From Utricularia gibba (taxonomy: Eukaryota; Plantae; Magnoliophyta), in assembly GCA_002189035.1 (NCBI GenBank), contig CM007992.1, forward strand, positions 1,736,001-1,800,000: 64,000 bases of DNA, written 5' to 3'. Below are positions 27,150 to 40,573 of the stretch, piece after piece. Positions within the stretch are counted from its first letter, which is position 1, and each line of letters opens with the position of its first letter. The position numbers and the translations under genes were made by a program. The notes beneath the pieces were generated by a model, which worked only from the letters and a program-made list of their open reading frames with translations, made no database searches and had not been told where the DNA came from.

Positions 27150-27760
27150 ACATCTCCGGAATTTGATTCCACCTTCACAATCCTCCCTTCACTTACCAAT
27201 GGAGTTCTGCATTGCATGTGGGGGGGCTTACTCATCATAGAATTGCTTTCATTTCTTCAATTTTGCTCCTCATATTCACCTAATATGCCATCTTTTCAAC
27301 TGCATCACGGACCTACAATGAGACACCAACATTTCGTCTGGAATTTTTACATGGAATGAGGGAACAAGGAAATTGAAATAGGTGAAAATGGTTGTAGGGA
27401 TGTAATAACCACATTTTGGGCCAATTAGATTATTCAAGGTGGCAAAAGAGGGTTAAGGCAGTATGTCATTGAGTTTAAAGATCCCTTGAAGTGGTATAAA
27501 GATGAAAATTAAGCTTTGAAGCTCTTGTAATCTCCAAGAATTAAAGAAAACTCACATATAAAAAGTTGGAGGAAAAGGGTGAATAGTTTGCACGATTGTA
27601 GGAATAAATTTTGTGTTGAGCTAATGAGTATCCTAAAATCCAAACGTTTTGCAAGAGCAAACTAGAGATATAGAGGAAGGTTTTAGCTGTGGAAAGATTG
27701 AATTTGGTCAAGTGTAAGCGTGATGATAGATTTTATAATTCTGCTTCCTGTTTTCAATTT
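27150..27760 (+). mobile_element. Decayed LINE (L1-like) fragments
   Basis: FCIACGGLTH resembles the ORF1 zinc knuckle; FWANQIIQG..EFKDPLKWYK resembles the ORF2 linker. Weak similarity. Confidence 0.3.
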
Positions 27761-27989
27761 AATTCTACAATTATGTGACTACCTTTATACTTTATCACTT
27801 TTCTATGCTCATTTATTGAAAATTTTGTTATGTGATGAACATGAATGTTTTATATCCTTGAGTTAGGTTTCTTACTTAAAACATCTAGCTTGGTTTGGAT
27901 CTTGGAGTATGTTAAGGGTAAAATTGGTATCCGAGATGAGAGCAATTTTAGGGTGATAGATGTGGTCAGGAATAACACACTTAGTTGTG

Positions 27990-28360
27990 TGTTTTGCGAT
28001 TGGTTCGGTTTGATCGGTTGAAGCAAGAGTAGGCGAAGATTTTTACGTGGAAACCGCCGGATGACGGAAAAACCACGGAGCTATCGGAGCTCGCCAAAAG
28101 ATTTCCACTAGACGGAGGTGGTCCAGAAGACGATACAAGTTGAAGAGTTCTTAGGATCCAACCTCTTCTCCATAATGATTTCTCTTATTTATAGAAGAGC
28201 TCAATCTAGCCGAATCCTGACGTCTGCAAATATCGGTCACTTTCTGCACCTGTTATACTATCTCGCTTTTCAGATATCGGCCGCCTATTATGCCGTAATT
28301 TGGCCGCTTTTCAAAATGTGACATATGGCCATATCTGTTAGATTTCTGACAGATATAAGT
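27990..28360 (-). mobile_element. Copia-like LTR fragment
   Basis: tttacgtggaaa...gaaaaaccacgg and tatttataga motifs typical of reversed Copia LTRs. Ends not defined. Confidence 0.3.
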
Positions 28361-30835
28361 CTCTTGTCTGGCATTTTCCCTTTAGAATCTCTTTTGGCAG
28401 CCTTTTAGGAATCAATTATGCTCGACTGATTTATCCCCCATCAAAGTAGAAAGTTATGATGTTTTTATGAAACCTGCTTGGAAGTTTGATCCATTTTAAA
28501 AATTCATAATTTGATTGGATTGTTGGATTTCGATACTATTTGATTATGTAGAAAGCTCTGATCATTAGCTTTCAATTATATATTTTGTAATTTTTGAACA
28601 AGGATAAACTTTGCAAAATTGAGTTTTTTTTCATATAATTGTCTTGCTGTTTTTTTAAGTAATTTGTGGTATAGAATACTATTAATTCTTGCTTGTCCCT
28701 CTTCATCATTTCAATCAAGCTATGAGACAAAAAGTACTTCATCAAATCACATGTATTATTATGATAATATTGCAAATGTTGCAGGTATGAGGTTCTACTA
28801 ACTCCATCACTTTCCATATATCTTTTGTACCACTTTATCTATGATATATTTTCCAAGGATAGTATGATCTGTCATTTGAGATGATTGAAGACAAATTAAC
28901 TCATATCTTGAGTTGCTATTGCATTGGGCTACAAACTTTCGTCTTACCTTGTATCAGCATCACACCAAATCGTCTCAAGTATCATCTCCCTATTTGTGGA
29001 TAGTGAATTATCATCATCAGATTGTGATGGAGGCGATGACTATAGATCATAGGGAGGATTAATTCTATCAATTGTGAAAGTTGATATCATTCTATAGAGA
29101 CAATGTACTACATTGTGGGAGGGTCCACACCAATGCATCACTCTAACTCAAATAATTGTTTAAATAAAAATTCATCTTTTTTTAAACAAAAAAAAAGATG
29201 TTATTAAATAATGAATAAATAGTTTATATATTTAATAAATATGTTATTAAATAAAATATCATGTTATTAAATAAAATATCATTTCGTTCAATAATAAATC
29301 ATTCTTTTAAAGAAATATTGTTTTTTTACTTACAAAAATCGTTCATGTACATCAAAATTCGTTTAGTTACACCAAAAAGTATTTTTTTGTAATAAAAAAA
29401 TATTTATGTCACAAGTATTAGTTTAAATGAAAAATAAATCATTTCTGTCCCTAATGTATCATTTAATTAAATAAAAAAGTTTATTCAGATAAAAAAACAT
29501 TTTTTGAATAAAACATATTTTTTAAAACAAAAAGCCATTTATTTAAACAACACATGCTTTATTTAAAATGATTATAGAAAATAAAAACTTATATGAACCT
29601 TATTTCTAATCCTAACATTTAAATCCTTAAATTTTGAGAAGATTTTTTTATTAAGCTTTCAATCATTCTAAAAACTAATACTGAATCCCAATGAATGTCA
29701 AAATAAAAAACAATCCCCAAAATCTAAATTCTGAAGAATTTTCTTTTTTTTTTGCACAAACTCATATCTTAGTTGTAAAAGAAGTGAATAGCAATCATGG
29801 CGATGGAGGCTATATCAAATTATGATATAACTTTGATAACACACATTTTATTAGTATTTTTAGGTTATAAAATTAAGAAGTTAAATGATAAAATTAGATA
29901 TTTTAATTTTGATTTTCAATATTTTGTGAATTGTAGTATTATTTATATTTTTATGAATAATATAGATTAAATGATGATTTAGTCTATATTGTGATTTTTA
30001 ATGTTTTTTTAAGTGTTTATAGCAATAATATAAATCAAATTTAGCTAATTTATAAACACAAGTCGATGGACACAAAACACAAAGAGGAGATGAAGGTAGA
30101 ATAGGACTAGACCCCAAGAAGGGAGGAGGGACATGAACAACAAGGAACAAGAAGATGATTTTCAGAAAAAAAAAATCTCCCATGTGAAGAACAAGCATCG
30201 AAACCCACCCCAATGCTAGTGTTCCAGGTTATGAATAGTAGTGGACAAAAAATAGAATTATTCTGCTTTATTTTCTTTTGTTTATTGAATATTTCTCCAT
30301 AACTATTTGTTTAACAATGTTTAAGATGTTTTCTTCAGTTCGTATTTATGAAATCATGCTTCTTCTATTAAATATGAGTAGCTAAATTTTAGGAATATCT
30401 TAAGGTGTAGAATGGTGAAATGGAGCTAGGGCTCATGAGATACTTGATCATTGTATCCTTGCTCTTGTTTCTACCATTCCTTGAGTAGACCTAAGGGGGG
30501 GGGGGGGAAGAGAATGAATAGCTTCGTAACTCAAATGCTTAATTTAGAGGTAGAGCAGCAGATCTAGATGAGTATAGCAGACGTTAGTCTTGGATAGAAC
30601 CAATAGAGATGTGTAAACCTAATTCTATATATTTCACATGTGAGTAGACCAAAGAGTGGAATGAGTAGGGGCTATCTTAACCAAAAACATGAGAAATGAC
30701 TTGGGTAAACTTAGATTGTTTAGAGTTGTGAATGTAAAAACATTTTAGATTACATTAAAGAACTTAATACTACATCATCTAAACCACCTTAAAGCATGTT
30801 AGTATTACTTTGTGCTCAAAACTAATATTTGTTAC

Positions 30836-31360
30836 TGATGTGACCCTCTAATCTAGAGAGATTAGCAATCCACGAACATAAAGTGATTTTGATACTTAAA
30901 AAGGATCCCACCTAGTCTACCTTCAAGAAAATGAATCTCTTGCAACCAGAATATGAAAGAAAGAGAAATTAGAAGCCACACTTCAAAAAAAGGAGGGATT
31001 GGAAATGATAATCCTAGGACACCACAAGCTGTAAGCTTGATAAATCAAGAGTGTTCAAACACTCAGAGAAGAAGAAATTCCTCACAAGATACATGAAATG
31101 AACTAAAAGTCCTGAAAGAGTACATCCTTATACTCTAGGATTAGACTCTAACATTACTAGAACCAAACTAAATAAAAAGTCCAATAGCACACATCAAAGA
31201 TGAAAATATGTTTTGGGCTCTAAGATAAATCCAACTTCAAGTAGTTGAACTTCTTTAATGGTAAGTCTTCAAGCCCAAGTTTGATTCTAATAGTATTGAG
31301 TAGAGCCTTAAGTATATCTTCAACCATCTTACTCTTGCTCCTTATCATTGGTCCTAAATT
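30836..31360 (-). repeat. 3' LTR of the outer CRM element (its 5' start and PPT are deleted)
   Basis: Begins tgatgtgaccctctaatctagagagattag on the plus strand, like the other two LTRs. Integrase DADSWTN is fused directly to LGPMIRS. Confidence 0.85.
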
Positions 31361-32548
31361 AGTCCACGAATCTGCATCCATTTTGAAAAGGGACAAATCA
31401 ACAACATTGAAAGTTGAATGAACGGAATACTCACCTAGTAAATATAGCTTGTATGCTTTATTATTCACATGTTCAACAACATGGAAAGGGTCATCTCCAT
31501 GAGGAAGAAGTTTTGACTTTCTCTTGGTGGAAAACCTCTCCTTCTTGAAATGAAACCAAACCCTATCTTTAGGTTCAAATACAACTTGGCGTCTCTTCTT
31601 GTTTGCTGCTGATGCATACTTTGCATTGCTGGACTTAATATGTTGTTTCAGCTTCTCATGCAAGCTACTAATTTCCCTTTTCTTGGCATCCAAAGTAGCT
31701 TTCTTATCACAAGGCAAAGGTAACATATCTAGAGGTGTAAGAGGATTAAAGCCATAAACTACTTCAAATGGAGATAATCTAGTAGTGAGATGCATTGTTC
31801 TATTGTAAGCGAACTCAACAAGTGGCAAACATTCCTCCCATGTCTTAAGATTTGATTTAATCATAATTCTAAGTAAGGTAGAAAGTGTGCGATTTGTTAC
31901 CTCAGTTTGTCCATCTGTTTGAGGGTGATATGTTGTTGAGTACAACAGCTTAGTGCCAAGTTCACTCCAAAGAGCTCTTCAAAAGTCACTGAGAAATCTT
32001 GCATCTCGATCAGAGTCGATAGTGAGGGGCATACCATGAAGTCTAACAACTTTCCTAAAGAAGAGATCTGCCACATGAGATGCATCATCAGTTTTGTGAC
32101 AAGTAATAAAGGGTGCCATCTTTGAAAACCTGTTCACAACAACAAAAATTGAATCTCTATCTCTTTGGGTATGAGGTAAGCCTAAAACGAAGTCCATAGA
32201 AATGTTCACCCATGGTTGGGAAGGAGTAGGGAGTAGAGTATACAAATCATTAGGGGCATTGATTGATTTAGCCTTCTGACAAGAAATACATCTATCACAA
32301 ATTCATTCCACATCCCTTCTCATATGTGCCCAAAAGAAATGTTGGCCTAAGAACGTTATTCATCAATCTCATAAAGGTGTTAGGAGTGTTAGTCAAGCTA
32401 AAAGGCATAGCAACCCACTCATACAAACCAAACATAGTTTTAAAAGTGGTTTTCCACTCATCACCTTCCTTCATTCTAATCTTATGATATCTACTTCTCA
32501 AATCATACTTACTAAAAACACAAGCACCATGCAATTCATCAAGCATAT
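31220..32548 (-). pseudogene. CRM integrase plus a short RT fragment, joined by a deletion near 32350
   Basis: RT: [28 protein letters not shown]. Then a jump to integrase [37 protein letters not shown]. The RT C-terminus and RNase H are absent. Confidence 0.9.
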
Positions 32549-32760
32549 TAATAAACAAAATTTGTGCAAAGTTTTTAATTTGCAAATTTCTCCTATCAAA
32601 TAAAATTTATAAACCTAATTCACATCAAATCATAGGAAAAATATAGCATAGTGAAATAGGGTCGAACACAAGGAGCTAGGTGTTTGCTATGTGAAGGTCA
32701 GTGCAAGGAATCAGTATCACGTTGGTAGAATTGATCTAAACTAGGACTAACGCAGAACTA
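32549..32760 (-). mobile_element. About 210 bp terminal piece of an LTR of the 15128 family inserted in the CRM RT
   Basis: tatcaaataaaatttataaacctaattcacatcaaatcata...gggtcgaacacaaggag matches the start of 15128-15350. Confidence 0.85.
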
Positions 32761-32933
32761 GGTCATTGTCACCCTTTTCCCACTCAATTACTTCTTATCT
32801 CTTCATTTCTCTCCACTTTTTCGAATCTTTTTTTCACTCATTTTCACTCTATTCTCTTTTCACTCTTCTTCACTGATCTTTTATCCCTTAGTCACGACCT
32901 CTGACCAATGTGTCTCCGATGCTGTACCTGTAG

Positions 32934-35280
32934 TGGTACCTAGTACCTTCAAAGCCAAATTCCCCAACAGCAATTTCTGCTCCCGAGAGCCTACAGCCCA
33001 CACAACCGGAGGTAATTGCTGGAGAAAAACGTAAGGAACCACAAATTCCTGTTATTCACTCATCTCCTTCTTTAGTACAGGAAGAAGACACCACTGAAGA
33101 GATCATCATTGATGAGGAGGTTGATCTCTGGATTTCTAAAATGGAGCGTGCCACTAATGAGGAGCTATGCCTAGAGTTCCTTCCCGAAGAACATGATGTA
33201 GATGAAGCAACTCAGCCCACATAGTGAGGTAAAGGTGCAGCGCGGTCGCACAAAATTCTGGCGAGACCGAGCCTTGGAGTCCCCTGCTTGGACCCAACTA
33301 AAAAACACTGTGAGATTTTTGGATAAAAATGCTCAACTCTTATTTAATCTCTTAACCTCGCCTAGAATTTTGTTCGATTTAAAATTGCATACGCCTACTT
33401 TAGTGCATGATGAACATTGGAATGGGATGCTAAATGTCGCGGTCTAGCACATTCAACGCATCAAAAGAAATTTATAGACCTAACTATTCTACTACACAAA
33501 TCTCAAGAATTAATGTAGTGTGGCAAGCAAGGGTCGAATCCACAGGGAATAGTTGCAATTTCCTAAAGTTTATCACATTTACTGAAAACAGGGGGGTTTT
33601 CTGGGGTTTTGCTTGAATGCGCGTAAGATCTAAAATAACAGTGACTGAAATAAACAAGTTGCAGGGATGAAAAGGGGCTGAAATGAACATGAAAATGTAG
33701 AAAACATAAAATGAAAGCAATTTGGGTGGGTTTTATACCAGGGTCTGGCTCTTGTGTCACTCAAGAGAGCCCATAGGCTTAAACCCAGCTTTAAAATGGT
33801 TAAAAACAGGGCAAGGATTTGCAGAAACAGAATATGTGTCACTCAAGAGACGTTTGCCGAAGAAACAAAGTTCTCCTCTTTCTCACTCCTCTTACTGTTT
33901 GCTGTCTATGCACTCTGCGTGCACAGTGTGCTCTCCCCTCTCTCTCCCATCCTTTTCCCTTTGCCGCTCAAAAGTAAGGGTAGCTTCGTCTTTTCCTTAG
34001 GCTTATAGAAGGGAGATCTCTACTCCAAATCTTATCCTTTTAGATGTGTAGCTACTTTTGGCAGAAAGTGGCTTTAGCACAGCTTTTCTGTCCACTTTAA
34101 CTTGTCAATGTGGAAAGTGCGTTGCTACAGTACCAACTCTTACTCTGGTAAGACTTAAAACACAGACTAGACGAAATATTAGAGTTTTCGGCTCAATTGT
34201 TGCCAATTGAGCCTGTTTTCACAATAAACACATTTCAACAGTCTAAATACGCAAAAGAAGACATTTTAGCACACTAAGCAACATTTCACTCTACAAAACA
34301 CACATAAAAACATATATAAAAACACAATAAAAACGGAGTTATCAGTGCATCTGAACTTGCCGATATTAACCGTTTATTTGATGCTTCCCTGAGTGGCCTA
34401 AATTTTTTGAAATTAGCTTGCCGGTTTATCCCACACTTGTTTTTGAATTTTGTACAACTTTTGTGTTTGAGGATGTGGCTGGAAATTCCCTTGCTGAGGA
34501 ATTGATTTCATTTCGCCTTGGTGGTAAAAATTTTCGCATGTCTATAAATGATTTTAATGTGGCTTTAGGCTTTGTTTCTGAATCTGATTTAGCCAATACA
34601 CGTTACCTCCAAGCCTTCTGTGATTATCCTGAACATTTCAATGTGTTGAATGCCTATGCATCTATGTCTATCTGTTAGCCTCCGTATTCTGTACACAAAC
34701 TCAAGGCTCATTACGAACGGGCCCTTGCTCTTTTAGCTCTTAACAGGTATTTGGGAGGCTCTTACAACGCCACCCGACAAAGCACCAGCCTCATTGCCAA
34801 GGTGATCGTGTTCTTTCTGTGGACGATGATGAAGAAGCTTCCCCATCAACTTGGGATGGTGGATTGCAACTCAAATGCATTCCATCACCGCCAAGAATGA
34901 GAGGGTGCTCCCTTTGCTTCTCTCATCACCAAGCTCGCCCATCATCTCAAAGTGAACCTGGAAAAGCAGACCCCTCAGGTAGATAACCATTTCTGTTATC
35001 TGGATCTAGATGACTTGTTTTCTTGCAGCTACCTGAAGGAGGTTGAGAGGAAGACTGTTTTTGTACAAGCAGATACCAAGAGTACCGTCATTCCATGCCC
35101 CCTCAATTGTGAATCCCTATGGTGTGCCAATAGACGTTCCTTTGAGCACCGCACCATTGAGCCCCACCAAGCACACCCTCCCGCTAGCTATTCAGAGTCT
35201 CTAGGAACAAGTTTCTGTGCTTTCCACGAAACTGGACACTCTTATGGCTACTGCTTCATACTCCGGCATGCCCCATGACT
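32934..35280 (+). pseudogene. Athila env-like (ORF-1 family) pseudogene split by a solo LTR
   Basis: PVYPTLVFEFCTTF...ISFRLGGKNFRMSINDFNVALG (34418-34678) is the Athila ORF motif. Upstream frames 32934-33224 (acidic) and 33202-33407 appear to be its frameshifted N-terminus. Confidence 0.7.
33408..34344 (-). mobile_element. Athila-type solo LTR (937 bp)
   Basis: Minus-strand start TGATAACTCC; contains gggtcgaatccacaggga. Perfect TSD GTGCA at 33403-33407 and 34345-34349. Confidence 0.9.
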
Positions 35281-38007
35281 AAGGTACCCTCCGCTGCACT
35301 TGATGATGAGGACATCCTCAAAATTAAGTGTGGGGGTGGAGTTTACGTTTCTTTTTATTCTCTATTATTTTCTGGGCATTAGAACGTATATGTTAAACTG
35401 TGTTGATTTTTTTCTGTTTTCGTGCTTCATGTTTTTTTTTTGTGAAAAAAAATCCCCACTATACTCCTCAAGTATATTTGCTTCCATGAATAAGGCTAGA
35501 ATTTCTAGGATTGATCATGCTTAGGTTCATGAATTCTTTGCTGCCAAGAAAACACTTCAATTATTTTTCTTTCTAGATATCAAGCTTCTGTTGCATGTTT
35601 TAGGAAAGACTATACCGTGACTATGACCACATTTTCATTCGTTGTATGTATTATGTTGGGAATAAATTTTTGCTGCTCCTATAGTGACCAGACCGAGATT
35701 GAAAAAAATATATGAAAAAAAAGAAGAAAAAAAATTAGGGGTGCCAAAGGTAAGAGTGTTTGGCGAAACCATGGTTAAAACCATACATGAGTTTTCATAA
35801 TCCAAATATTCTTCCCCTAAGCGGGGACCTCTATCTGAAAAAAAAAAAGAAAAAAAAAGGTCTTGAGTCACTATAGTGTATGTTCCTTGTTGTTTTTAAC
35901 TTGATGATATTTGTGTATAAGTAGTCATTCGTTAAGTCTTTGTCTGATTATGTGAACTTGAGTGGCTTGCCTTTTTGATTGAAGGATAGGAAAAGAATTG
36001 AAGTAAACGCCTATATTGGGATCAATGTGCCTTAGTAATGTGTTATGACTTAGGTTCTGCCCTTTTTCGTAGGTTGTTATGCTTTTCATACTTGAGGACA
36101 AGCATAATTTAAGTGTGGGAAAATATGTTAAGTGTCATTTTCTAGTTTATTATTAGGTATTATTATGTATTAATCTAGTGTTAAGTTGTCCAATTTAGGA
36201 TTTATATTGATAAATATTATATTTCCTTAGAAAAATCCTATTTTCTTATTTTGTATGTATTTTCTGTTTTTTTTCGCACACTTTGACTGAGACATATCAG
36301 AAGGCAGTCGTGGAGTGTTGCAGGAGGTCAGACTCTGACTTTTCATGCCTTGTACATAACTTGGAACAATTGTGGGTGGAAGACTGACACTGGTCAAGAC
36401 CCTTGACTTACGGCATGTCAAAGTCTGCAGAAATGATTGGGTGCTAACTTGCACGCAAAGGAAAGCTGTTGGTGCATGCAAGACAGAAGGAATGATGAGA
36501 AAGGGATCCAAAGGAGTTAATACGCATGGGGAGTGATATAAAAGCAACTTGGAGCACTCATTTTTTGGACTTTTGAACTCTAGAATTTTGCCATTTCCCT
36601 TTCTAGACTTAGAACTTTTGAGTTCTTCCTCCCCTCCAATGAGGAAGAACACTTAGATTCCAATTTCGTTTCTGTTTTGATGGCCCTTTGTGGCTAAAAC
36701 CTTTTAGTTTTTGAGAGAAGATGAAGTTTCCTTCTAAGTCTTGAGCAATACACTCGGTTCTTCGCTAAATTCATTTCAGATTTTGCATACTTCCATGTGT
36801 CTTGTTGCAGTCTTTCTGTAACGACTCTTAGTCAAGGTCCATGAGTAGCAGGCCACTCCTCACGGATTCTGGTGAAGATCAAGATGAAGAGCACCAACTC
36901 CAATCCTACTAGTTCGAGGGAAGTAGCGGATTGTTTGTGGCCTAGGTACCACGACAATGGACAGGTTGTGACCTCAGATGTGCCACTGGCCATTGGCAAC
37001 AGCTGGGGACACATGTGCAATTCGGTTTTGAAGGCAATCCTCTTGTCTTCTTAATCGTCCAAGGGGGAATCACATGAGGCTATTCCCGTGCCTCCTTGTC
37101 AATTAGAGTGTAAGGGAGAATAGCCTATTCCTTACTCCTATAACCAGCTATTCGGAATAAATCAATGAAAACCGAGGTAAGGATGGAACAAAAGAAGGAG
37201 ATGGAATCTCATTCCCAAGAACTGCATCCCGTAATCAAGGCCCATCACTTAGGTTGTAACTTTTATTCTGCGTCTCAAAACCCCCCCCCCTTTTGCAAAA
37301 CCGTGACATTTTGTAAAAGTTTCTTGCAAAATACTTTTCATGAAAAAACAACTCCATGAGATCGATACTCGTACTATGCTTTTTTGTGTTTTATGTTTTA
37401 ATTATTTAAAATTTGTTGAGGAAACGACACGCAACAGAGAGTGGTTGAATTAAGTTGGTTACTTGTTGGAGTAGATAAATAGAAGGTATGGACAACAAAT
37501 TGTGAACAGATGAAATCAGAGGAATGAGCACTAAACACGAAATATGTTGCTTGTCGAATTGTAGAAATAGAGGAATGGGCAATGAACAAAGAGAATAGTC
37601 AAACAAGATGGTAGGAACAAGTAAATGACAGAGGATGGGGATTGAAGATAAAGAAAACAATAACAAAGTGGTCGTTTAATGGAATGGGAAAAGTAGAGAG
37701 ATGAGTAACAAACAAATACATACAATAATGGATGATAGTGATAGATGATGGATGTTCACCTTCACAATCCTTCTCATTTTACATCCTTGAAGTTGATATT
37801 CAAGGTGTTCTTGCTCTTCAATTGAAACTCAATTTCGAGCTTTTCCTTAATTCCTTTGCACTCTTCTTTTTTTTTGTCTTGCCAAAGCCTAAAATATCGA
37901 GAAGGTCGTGGCTGTCTTTGATTTTCCCTTTTTTTTTTTTTCTAAGTGAAGCAAGAATGGAAGACTTTAAAGAAGAATAGGATACTAATAAATAGAAGGG
38001 AACCAAA

Positions 38008-38643
38008 GCTCTGATATCAAGTGATGTGACCATCTAATCTAAAGAGATTAGCAACTCATGAATAAGAGGTGATTTTGAAGCTTATAAAAGAACCCACTCA
38101 AGTCTACCCTCAAGAGAATGAATCTATTGCAACCAAACTTTGAAATAAAGGGAATTAGGAGCCACACTTCAAAAGAAGAAGGAATTGAAAGTAATAATCC
38201 CAGGACACCACAAGTGCAAAGCTTAATAAGTCAAGAGTGTTCAAGCACTCAACGAAGAGGAAAATCCTCACACAATACATGAAATGAATTAAAGGTCCTT
38301 CAAAGAGTATATCTCTAGAGTATTTATACTCTGAAATTGGGCTCCAACATTACAAAATCCAAACTAAATAAAAAAGGAAAGCCTAACAAGTCCAATAACA
38401 CACATGAAAGATGGGAAGATGTTTTGGGCTCTAAGGTAGATTTAGACTCCAATAGTTGAACTACTTTAATGGTAATACTTCAGGCTCAATAATAGTGTTG
38501 AGTAGAGCCTTGAGTTTAGCTTCAACCATCTTGCTCTTCTTGTAATTGGTTCTGGTGGAATGATTTTAGTCTCTAATGTGTTCACTTGTGTAACATCCTC
38601 ATCATTCTATAAATATTCTTCATTATCTTCTTGAGGCTCATCA
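38008..38643 (-). repeat. Middle CRM LTR (38022-38643, 622 bp) with its own PBS (38008-38019)
   Basis: TG..CA termini. PBS reads TGATATCAGAGC on the minus strand (one mismatch to TGGTATCAGAGC). More diverged from the outer LTRs than they are from each other. Confidence 0.9.
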
Positions 38644-38742
38644 TCCAGCTCTCTCCACCTTTTCAAATCTTTTTTTCACTCCACTCTCTTTTACCTTTTC
38701 TCCACTCATATCTTCTCCCTTAAGCACGACCTCTTTGTGATT

Positions 38743-40200
38743 TCAATTTGCACCATCCAGGGCCCTAGCATTACTAAGGATCCTGACTTGATTTTCATGT
38801 GCTTGCTTTCGAGATAATGGAGTAAGTGTAATTGAACATCCATTATGACTGAAGAAATATTTGTTTTTGAAGCCATCATGGAATGCTCTTCTATCATATT
38901 CCCAAGGCCTCTCTAAAAGGATTTGACTGGCATGCATAAGTATAATATCACATAAGACTTCATCTTCATATCTCCCTATGGAAAATGCCACAAGTACTTG
39001 TTTAGTCACCTTTACCTCACTTCCTTCATTAAACCACTGTAAATTGTAAGGCTTGGGATGCCTCTCAATTGTTAGTTGCAATTTCTCCACCAAAATGTTG
39101 CTAGCAACATTAGTACAACTAGCTCCATCAATAATCAGGCGACAAGCTTTGCCATTAACAAAGCAGCGTGTCTGAAACAAGTTCTCCCTTTGTCCATCAT
39201 TATTCTTAACTCCAATTCTAAGTGTCCTTTATGTGACCAAGACTTCACTAGAAACAAGTGTATCATCACTCAATTCAGCATCTATCTCCACAAGATCATG
39301 ATCATCTTCACTAACCACTTCTCCATTGCCTCTAATCACCATGGCTCGTTTATTTGGACATTTAGAAGCAATATATCTATGCCTCAAGCATTTGAAACAT
39401 TTTATGTTCCTTGTAGTATCCTTTGGAGGTGTTGTTCGCTCCCCTTACTTGGAACTTGATGGGGTGTTGAATTTGAAGTTTTTCATGGATGACTTCTCTT
39501 TATTTCTCTCCAGCATTTCCTTGGTGCCTCCAAATTTCGAACTAGGAGCCTCTTGTTGAAATCTCGAGCAAATTTCTTGTTTCATAATTGTTTCTCAACT
39601 TTTGTGCCCATATGAATCATGTCCTCCATCTCAATGTAATGTTGAAGCTCCACAGTATTTGCAATCTCTTTGTTCATTCCATGAAGTAACCTAGCCATAG
39701 TTGCTTCCCTATCTTTACGAATATTGGCTTGAATCATCAGGATCTCCATTTTTTGCCAATATTCCTCCATTGATCTTGAACCGTACTTGAGATTCTACAA
39801 CCGTGAATAAACATTTCTTTGGTAATGGTTTGGAACAAATCACCTCTTCATGACTCTTTTCATCTTAGCCCAAGTATGAATTGGTTCTTCAGAGTCAATC
39901 CTTCTTTTAGTCACCAATTGATCCCACCAAATTACAGCATAATCACTGAATTCCATGGAAGCCAATTTGATTTTTTTTTCTTTGGAGAAGTTGTTGCAAT
40001 CAAAGACATGTTCTACTCTAGTTTCCCATTAGAGATACACATCTTGATCATTCTTTTCTTGAAATTTGAGTATCTTCATCTTGATATTGTCAACATCCCT
40101 TCCATTTCGTTCTTCTTCTACCCCCTTGGTCTCAAAATCTTCTTCTATCATCATGAACATTGTCATTTTCACCGTGTTTAAAGTACTCATCTTCTTAATC
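38743..40200 (-). pseudogene. CRM gag and aspartic protease remnants
   Basis: MEEYW.KMEILMIQANI.EDREATMAR.L.GMN.EIAN.VELQHY (gag) and FQTRC.V.GK.C.LIIDGASCTNVAS (protease). Confidence 0.9.
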
Positions 40201-40573
40201 GTCATTCAGTGATCTATCTCTTCTTCTAACGCTCCTTTCACTCTGTTGATCACTAAAATCAATGTTGCACAAGTGAATACTTTGAATAGTAAGATTATTC
40301 CCAGGACCAATGACAAGGAGCAAGAGCAAGATGGTTAAAGATACATTCAAGATGCTACTCAACACTATTGGAATCAAACTTGGACTTGAAGATTTACCAT
40401 CAAAGGAGCTCAAATACTTGAAGTTGGATCTACTTTGGAGCCTAAAACATCTCTTCATCTTTAATATATGTTATTAGACTCGTTAGGTTTTTCTCTTTTA
40501 TTTAGTTTTGAAGTAAGCAAGAATAGAAGAACTAAAAGGAGAACAAAATACTCAAAAAGAGAAGGAACGCAAA

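Larger units (their letters stand above)
32902..37436 (+). mobile_element. 3' half of an Athila element (env-like ORF, two PPT-like motifs, 3' LTR 36126-37436)
   Basis: ttaagtgtggggg near 35325, then cttgaggacaagcataatttaagtgtggga (36091-36120) preceding TGTTAAGTG. The LTR ends gacacgcaaCA at 37436. Confidence 0.75.

Noticed and set aside
28572-29050. Possible further PIF ORF1 and transposase C-terminal remnants
   Set aside because: Similarity is too weak to call by eye.
32934-33224. 96-codon acidic open frame as an orphan gene
   Set aside because: No start codon until residue 70, and one frameshift joins it to the Athila env-like ORF, so it is treated as that ORF's N-terminus.
38644-38730. 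Cryptic PPT priming as the origin of the middle CRM LTR
   Set aside because: The purine-rich tract is the normal AP-RT linker, and the middle LTR is more diverged than the outer pair and has its own PBS; nested insertion is simpler.
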